Assembly: GCF_006345805.1 (NCBI RefSeq)
Contig: NW_021825269.1
Location: 1 to 16,067 of the forward strand
Length of the DNA: 16,067 bases
Direction: 5' to 3'
Source of the DNA: Octopus sinensis
Lineage: Eukaryota
Program-made: the position numbers and the translations under genes
Part shown: in pieces, positions 8,841 to 16,067 of the stretch
Position numbering within the stretch: position 1 is the stretch's first letter
Layout of the letters: each line of letters starts with the position of its first letter
The notes under the pieces: generated by a model
The model's input: only the letters and a program-made list of their open reading frames with translations
Told to the model about the DNA's origin: nothing
The model's database searches: none

Positions 8841-11782
8841 ACATCAGAGGACTGCAAACACTCAGTAACAGGACAAAGATCCCGTTCCTGAGAGACTTTG
8901 TTGCATGCAATCAAGCCATATGCATAGCACTTACAGAAACGCACCTGAAGCCGGACATAGCAGATGCGGAGTTACACATACCACAGTATGCTGTACTACG
9001 GACCGACAGGAAAGAAAGGAGTCATGGAGGTGTTGCTATGTACATCCGTGAGGACCTCACACCCAGGTCCTCTTGTCATACTCAAACTCGGTGTGTGACA
9101 CACTAATTGTACATATTAGGCAACTTGATGTAGTTGTGTGTGCTACATATCGCCCTCCAGATGCCCCAAGCCATGTGGGCAAGTTTGAAGACTGCCTTAT
9201 AAAAATAGAAGAAATTCTAACCACATTAGAACAACACATAGGTGTGCTTCTTATGGGAGACTTCAATCTGCCCAATGTCAGATGGCCCGAGGGCCTTTCT
9301 CTCCCAGGAATGACAAGATGTGAACGAGGACAGGCGAGGTCCCTCCTGAACATCATCAACACCCTGTACATGGAGCAGGTAATACTCCAACCAACCAGGG
9401 CAGGTAACACACTGGATCTCTGCTTCACAAATGACATGGATCTCATCCATAATGTGAAAGTGACACCGACACTACTCTCGGATCACAACATGATAGAGCT
9501 GACCATGTACGGGCCAAAAGAGAGCACGGACATGCAGCCTACAAGAAACCCTCAAAATCTTTCCAGCTTGAAACCATAAGGCAAACTGGAAACAAATTGA
9601 GAAAGAGATCCTCAAACAAAACTGGCCTAAATGTCTCTCCTCGCCAGACATCGACGTGAAACTTCAACAATTCATGTCTGTAATGCAAGCCATATGCTAC
9701 AAATGTGTCCCAGAGAGAAAGGCCACTGTACACAAGAACAAAATCCCCAGAGAGAGGAAAATTTTAATGAAACGGCGTACGAAATTTTCAAATCGCCTAA
9801 ACAAACAGATTGAAAGCAGTGAAAAGTCCCGCCTAAAAATAAAACTGTTGGAAATCGAAAAATGTCTGCAACTCTCCCATAAAGAAAGAGCAGACAAAGA
9901 AGCCTGGGCTATAGAAAACATAAAATCTAACCCCAGAGCTTTCTACAGGTATGCCAAAGAAACAGCTACAGTGCACTGTAGAATAGGGCCACTCCTCGAA
10001 AAGGATGGCACACTTACAGGAAAACCAATGAGGGTAAGTGAAATACTGAATGAACAATTCAAGAGTGTTTTCACTCCACCCCTTGGGCATCTCCAAATCA
10101 CCAATCCAACTGACTTTTTTACCACTGCAGATATAAAATCAGAGGCGGCGACGATAGATTACATCGATATAAAGGAAGACGATGTAACCAAGGCTATAGA
10201 TGAAATGAAAACAGACTCAGCTACTGGCCCCGATGGATTCCCGGCAATCCTCCTAAAAGCATGTAAGAGAGTCCTAGCAAGACCACTGCAGTTCCTCTTT
10301 CAGAGCTTCCTTGCAGCTGGCAAACTTCCAGGAAAACTGAAGGAAGGTAAAATATGCCCCATTCATAAAGGAGGTAGCAGAGCGGAAGCCAAGAACTATA
10401 GACCTATCTCTCTGACCTCACACATCAGCAAGGTCATGGAACGAATAGTCAGAAGGAAGCTGATCACCTTCCTTGAAGCGAATGACTTGCTGCCCGACAC
10501 CCAACATGGTTTCCGACCAGGGAGAAGCTGTTTAACTCAGCTCCTACAACACTATGACTGGGTGCTGAAACGGCTGCTCAACCACTCAAATGTGGAAGTG
10601 ATATATCTCGACTTTGCAAAGGCCTTTGAGAAAATCGATCATGGAATGATATGTCACAAACTGCGTGATCTCAACATAGTTGGAAAACTGGGAGAATGGC
10701 TTCATGACTTTCTGAAGGATAGAAGTCAGGTGGTAGTAGCCAATGGGACCACCTCCATTAACACACAAATAGTGAGCGGTGTTCCGCAGGGCACTGTTCT
10801 GGGACCACTACTGTTCATAATGGCCCCCTCAGACATGCCCTCAGCCACGCAGAGAGCCACGATCACAAGTTATGCAGATGATACAAAAGTTTCACAGGCA
10901 ATACAGAACCCTGAGGACACTAAACACCTGCAATGTGAGCTGGACGAAATATACAAGTGGGCTGAAAAGAATAGCATGCAGTTCAATGCTGGAAAGTTTC
11001 AAGCTTTATACTATCAGCATGCAAAACTGAATGCAATACCCAATGAATACACTGTACCCGGAGGGATTGCAATCCCAGAGGCACAATCAGTGCGTGACCT
11101 GGGTATTCACATGAGTGATGACGCGACCTTTCATGTACATGTTGCTAAACTGACAATGAAATGTAGACGGCTGGCTGGATGGATTCTTAGAACCTTTAGA
11201 ACAAGAGAACAAGAAACCATGATGGTCCTCTGGAAGACACTTGTCCTAAGCCACTTTGACTATTGCTCTCAGCTATGGTCACCATCCAGTGTCAAGTTGA
11301 TCACAGAACTTGAGGCGATCCAACGAAGCTACACGAAGAAGATAGCCTCTATGCAGAATGTAAGCTACTGGGAAAGACTCAAGAGATTAAAATTATATTC
11401 CCTGGAGCGTAGGCGGGAAAGATATGCCATAATATACATCTGGAAGATCCTGGAGGGAAGTGTCCTGAACTTTGGCATCGAGAGTTACGCAAATGCCAGA
11501 ACTGGGCGCCACTGCGTGGTGCCTAGGACTCCAAACCTGCCATCAAGATGTAGGACAAGATTCTGTGATAGCCTGGGCTTCCAAGGCCCACAGCTCTTCA
11601 ATATCCTCCCGAAGAACCTGAGAGACCTGCATGGGGTGGATACAAATGTCTTTAAAATGAAGCTGGATCTCTTTCTGTCAGGTGTCCCAGATGAACCAAC
11701 TTCACGGCAGGAGGGGCAGATGAGGGCAGCTGCATCGAACTCTCTCATGCACCAAAGAGCAGTTGCTAGAAAGCCTCCATGA
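8792..11782 (+). CDS. LINE ORF2, APE endonuclease + reverse transcriptase; two frameshifts (~9065, ~9573)
   Basis: ATG at 8792 (MDTAGNNVHLTSILLLNIRGL). The 8684, 9073 and 9656 ORFs join to about 1000 aa with complete APE and RT motifs. Confidence 0.9.
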
Positions 11783-11850
11783 AATGAAACCAAATAGCAA
11801 CACCAAATGGCGGTGCCCCAGCATGGCCACAGCTCATAAGCTGAAACTAG

Positions 11851-11875
11851 AATCAATCAATCAATCAATCAATCA
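11851..11875 (+). repeat. (AATC)n 3' tail of LINE copy 2
   Basis: AATCAATCAATCAATCAATCAATCA. Confidence 0.9.
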
Positions 11876-11934
11876 TTATATATATATATATATAATTTAT
11901 ATATATATATATATATAACTATATATTATATAAT

Positions 11935-11992
<58 letters not shown>

Positions 11993-12079
11993 ACTATATA
12001 TATATATATATAACTATAATATATATATATATTAACTATATATATATATATATACACATAATAAATATATATTATATAT

Positions 12080-12148
<69 letters not shown>

Positions 12149-12268
12149 CTATATATATATATAACTATATATATATATAATAACTATATATATATATATA
12201 TATATATAACTATATATATATATATATATAACTATATATATAGCTATATTATATATAACTATATATAT

Positions 12269-12303
<35 letters not shown>

Positions 12304-12354
12304 ACTATATATATAGCTATAAATATATAACTATATATATATATATATATAACT

Positions 12355-12388
<34 letters not shown>

Positions 12389-12426
12389 TATAATATATAT
12401 AATATAACTAATATATATATATAAAT

Positions 12427-12462
<36 letters not shown>

Positions 12463-12524
12463 GATATATATATAACATATATATATATTAACTATATATA
12501 TATATATAAACTATATATATATAT

Positions 12525-12562
<38 letters not shown>

Positions 12563-12624
12563 ATATATATATATATATCTATAATATAACTAATATATAT
12601 ATATATATAACTATATATATAATA

Positions 12625-12659
<35 letters not shown>

Positions 12660-12873
12660 CTATATATATAGATATATATAACTATATATATATATATATA
12701 ACTATATAACTATATATATATATATATATATATATAACTATCTATATATATATATAAACTATATATATATATATTATATATATATATATATAAACTATAT
12801 ATATATAATAACTAATATATATATATATACTATATAACTATATATATATATATATAACTATACATATATAATA

Positions 12874-12911
<38 letters not shown>

Positions 12912-12923
12912 ATATATAACTAT

Positions 12924-12955
<32 letters not shown>

Positions 12956-12989
12956 ACTATATACAATATATATAACTATAGTTATATAT
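11876..12989. repeat. ~1.1 kb (TA)n / TAAC(TA)n compound microsatellite
   Basis: Direct reading. Confidence 0.95.
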
Positions 12990-13202
12990 GATCGCCATGT
13001 TGATTCGTTAGCTACTGCACGCATTTTTTTCTCTCTCCTTCTTTCTGTGTTTTTCTCTCTGTGTATCTTTCTGTTGAAGAGCGTAGGCTCGAAACGTTAA
13101 AGACTTGTTTTATTTATATTTCCTGAGCGCCATACTAATACAATTGTTCGTTTGTCTTCCACCTGCCTTCGTCTTTTGTTTATTTTCATAAAGCTTCCCG
13201 TT
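12990..13202 (+). mobile_element. Short non-coding island embedded in (TA)n; probable Penelope-like pseudo-LTR remnant
   Basis: Unique ~210-nt sequence between two (TA)n tracts, containing a minimal hammerhead-like motif. The family assignment is inference. Confidence 0.5.
13066..13103 (+). ncRNA. Minimal type I hammerhead-like motif with a variant core
   Basis: TCTTT-CTGTTGA-A-GAGC(GTAG)GCTC-GAA-ACGT-T-AAAGA: 5-bp helix I, 4-bp helix II, loopless palindromic helix III; A6 replaced by U and an extra A after A9. Confidence 0.5.
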
Positions 13203-13382
13203 ATATATAACTATATATGTAATATATATATATAACTATATATATATAATATATATATATATATATAACTATTATATATATATATATATAACTATATATA
13301 TAATATAACTATATATATATATATAAACTATATATATATATATAACTATATATATATATATAACTATATATATATATATATA

Positions 13383-13422
<40 letters not shown>

Positions 13423-13598
13423 ACTATATATATATAACTATATATATATATATATATAAACTATATAATATATATATATAACTATAACTATATATATAAC
13501 TATATATATAACTATATATATATATATATATAACAATATATATAACTATATATATATATAATAACTATATATATATATAACTATATATATATATAACA

Positions 13599-13633
<35 letters not shown>

Positions 13634-13844
13634 ACTCTATATATATATATAACTATATATATAACTATATTTATTATATATATAATATAATATATATATA
13701 ACTAAGATATATATATATATAAAACTATATATATATATATATATATAAAACTATATATATATATATATATAACTATATAGATATATATATATATAAATAT
13801 ATAACTATATATAAACTATATATATAACTATATATATATATATA

Positions 13845-13879
<35 letters not shown>

Positions 13880-14261
13880 ATATATATATATATATATATA
13901 TAAACTATATATAGATATATATATATATATAAATTATATATTAATATATATATAGTTAATATATAATATTATATATATATATAATATAGTTATATATATA
14001 TATATAACTATATATATATATATAACTATTATATATATATATAACTATATATATATAACTATATATATAATATATATATATATATAAATATATATAACTA
14101 TATATATATAACTATATATATATATAATAACTATAACTATATATATATATAATATAACTATATATAAATAATATATATAACTATATAACTATATATATAA
14201 CTATATATATATATATATATATAGATATATATATATATATAACTATATATATATATATATA

Positions 14262-14296
<35 letters not shown>

Positions 14297-14340
14297 CTAT
14301 ATATATTATATATATATAACTATATATATATATATATATT
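13203..14340. repeat. ~1.1 kb TAAC(TA)n compound microsatellite
   Basis: Direct reading. Confidence 0.95.
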
Positions 14341-16067
14341 GAGTCAGGTCTCCGCTTGGAGCTACTGGTAACATGTAACCCAGTACACCTGTTACATGGT
14401 CGGGTCGTTGGCGACTAAACTGGCAACCCCACCAAGATTTCTTGGTGAGGAGGGTGATTTGGACACCCAGCAGGACTAAAACAAACCTGTCAAAGGGCAG
14501 AGGAACTCTCTCATGAGTCAATGGCCATCCAAAATCCGGAGTGGAGCCCCTAAGGCGGTTGGATTGCGCCATGCGTGCCACTTCCGGCAGCTCCTGCATC
14601 TTGGTCTACCCCCAGTCGTCTTGACTTTGTCTTGCACTGGATCCGGCGCACCAGGACGAGAGAGTGAGGCTGATCCTGCGCAAGTCACCCTCACTATAAT
14701 CCAAGTCACGCGCATGTCACGACATCATGACGCCATGACACCATCCCAAAGTCCTGTGGCGATGGGGAAACGGCGAAGTAGCAGGTGAGGATACACTGGG
14801 AGCTGCAGTCGTGAACCCACACACAGGCGGCTCAGGACATGTGGTCGCCCCTCACTGAACTGAGGCAGCAGTGGAGTCCGGCAGCCTCCTGAGTGACCGA
14901 GCAGCCTCTTCAGGATCGCTCTGCTCGCCTCCCCAGCATGAGGACGGGGCTAGAAAAGGTTGCCCTAAACATAGCCTGCCTCACCTCACCCTGGTCAGCA
15001 AACCGCGGCTGGCGGGGATCCTTTCCAAGCGGTCGAAACAAAGAAAGAAGAAAACAAACAAAGGTGCTCACTTTCGCAACTTGGAACGTGAGAACTCTGC
15101 TTGACAACCCAAGCGGGACAGACTAGAGAGACGAACTGCCCTGGTGGCCAGAGAACTGAGCCGATACAGTGTCGATATTGCAGCACTGAGCGAGACCCGC
15201 CTTGCGGACAAAGGCCAGCTGACAGAGACAGGCGGCGGCTACACTTTTTTTGGAGTGGTCGCAGCAGCGAAGAGCGTCGTGAGGCTGGTTGGTTTTGCCA
15301 TTAAGTCAGTACACGTGCGGAAACTGGAAAGCCCCCCGAGGGTATCAACGATCGGCTGATGAAGATGCAGCTCCACTTGGAAACAAGACTAGTGCGACCA
15401 TCATCAGTGCTTACGCCCCCACCATGACCAACCTGAAGAAGTTAAGGACAGGTTCTATGAGGAACTCGACTCCCTCATCACGTCAGCCCAGCCTGGGAAG
15501 CTCATCCTCCTGGGGATTTTAACGCCCGTGTCGGGACTGACCACCAAGCCTGGCATCGCGTACTGGGAAAGCAAGAATCGGAAAGTGCAACAGCAACGGA
15601 CAGCTCCTCCTGCGTGCGTGTGCCTCTCATGATCTTACCATCGCCAACACCTTTTGTTCCGTCTGCCAACACGCAACAAGACTCATGGATGCATCCACGC
15701 TCCAAACACTGGCATCTGATAGATTACGTCATCGTCAGGGCGCGAAAGACAGGCGGGACGTGAGACTGGTCAAAGCCATGTGCGGGGCTGACTGCTGGAC
15801 GGACCATCGCCTCATCATCTCCAGGATGGATTTCTACATCCGACCTAAGAGAAGACCACAGGGTCAGAAAGTGACGAGGAAGCTTAACATCACGAAATTA
15901 AGGAACCAGATGACTGCACAAGATCTCCAGTCACGTATGGACAGTAAGCTGTGGACATTCGGAGTGACCAGTCCAGCATCGATGAGCAGTGGGAATCATT
16001 CAGGGACACGGTTCATTCCATCGCCCTTGAAACTCTGGGCCAAATTACGAGGAACCACCAGGACTGG
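14341..16067 (+). mobile_element. RTE-clade (BovB-like) LINE, 5' portion, continuing beyond the window
   Basis: GC-richer ~600-nt leader starting abruptly after (TA)n, followed by an RTE-type endonuclease ORF. Confidence 0.88.
14938..16067 (+). pseudogene. RTE ORF, APE endonuclease domain and linker, multiply frameshifted, partial
   Basis: Stitched frames give LTFATWNVRTLLDN, RRTALVARELSRYSVDIAALSETRL, YTFFWSG, IISAYAPT, LLGDFNARVG, SWMHPRSKHWHLIDY and WTDHRL, which are typical RTE APE motifs. Start codon tentative. Confidence 0.85.

Larger units (their letters stand above)
7890..11875 (+). mobile_element. CR1-clade LINE, copy 2 (better preserved); 5' limit uncertain, possibly extending to ~6234
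   Basis: ORF1, APE-RT ORF2 with a 708-aa uninterrupted RT-containing segment (9656..11782), 3' UTR and (AATC)6 tail. Confidence 0.92.

Noticed and set aside
14306-14890. Short ORFs in the RTE leader (14306..14599 minus, 14513..14788 plus, 14518..14715 minus)
   Set aside because: No recognisable domains; lengths are as expected by chance in a GC-richer UTR.

Overview
Eukaryotic (invertebrate-like), gene-free repeat region built from retroelements separated by long (TA)n/TAAC(TA)n microsatellites. It holds two near full-length, same-strand CR1-clade LINEs (~640-4602 and ~7890-11875). Each has an ORF1 with a Myb/SANT-like N-terminus plus a CCCH zinc finger, an APE-RT ORF2, 3' hairpins and an (AATC)n tail, and each is preceded by a different tandem array. 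Between them lies an ORF-less ~0.9 kb inverted repeat (arms 5047-5442 and 5566-5962). Each arm carries a complete type I hammerhead ribozyme fold with an unusually long helix II and a palindromic helix III of the Penelope-like-element type. A second, unrelated minimal hammerhead-like motif sits in a ~210 bp island at 12990-13202. The 5' part of an RTE/BovB-like LINE starts at 14341 and runs off the window. Most ORF breaks are 1-nt indels, often in homopolymers, so they may be sequencing errors. The host species cannot be determined from the window alone.
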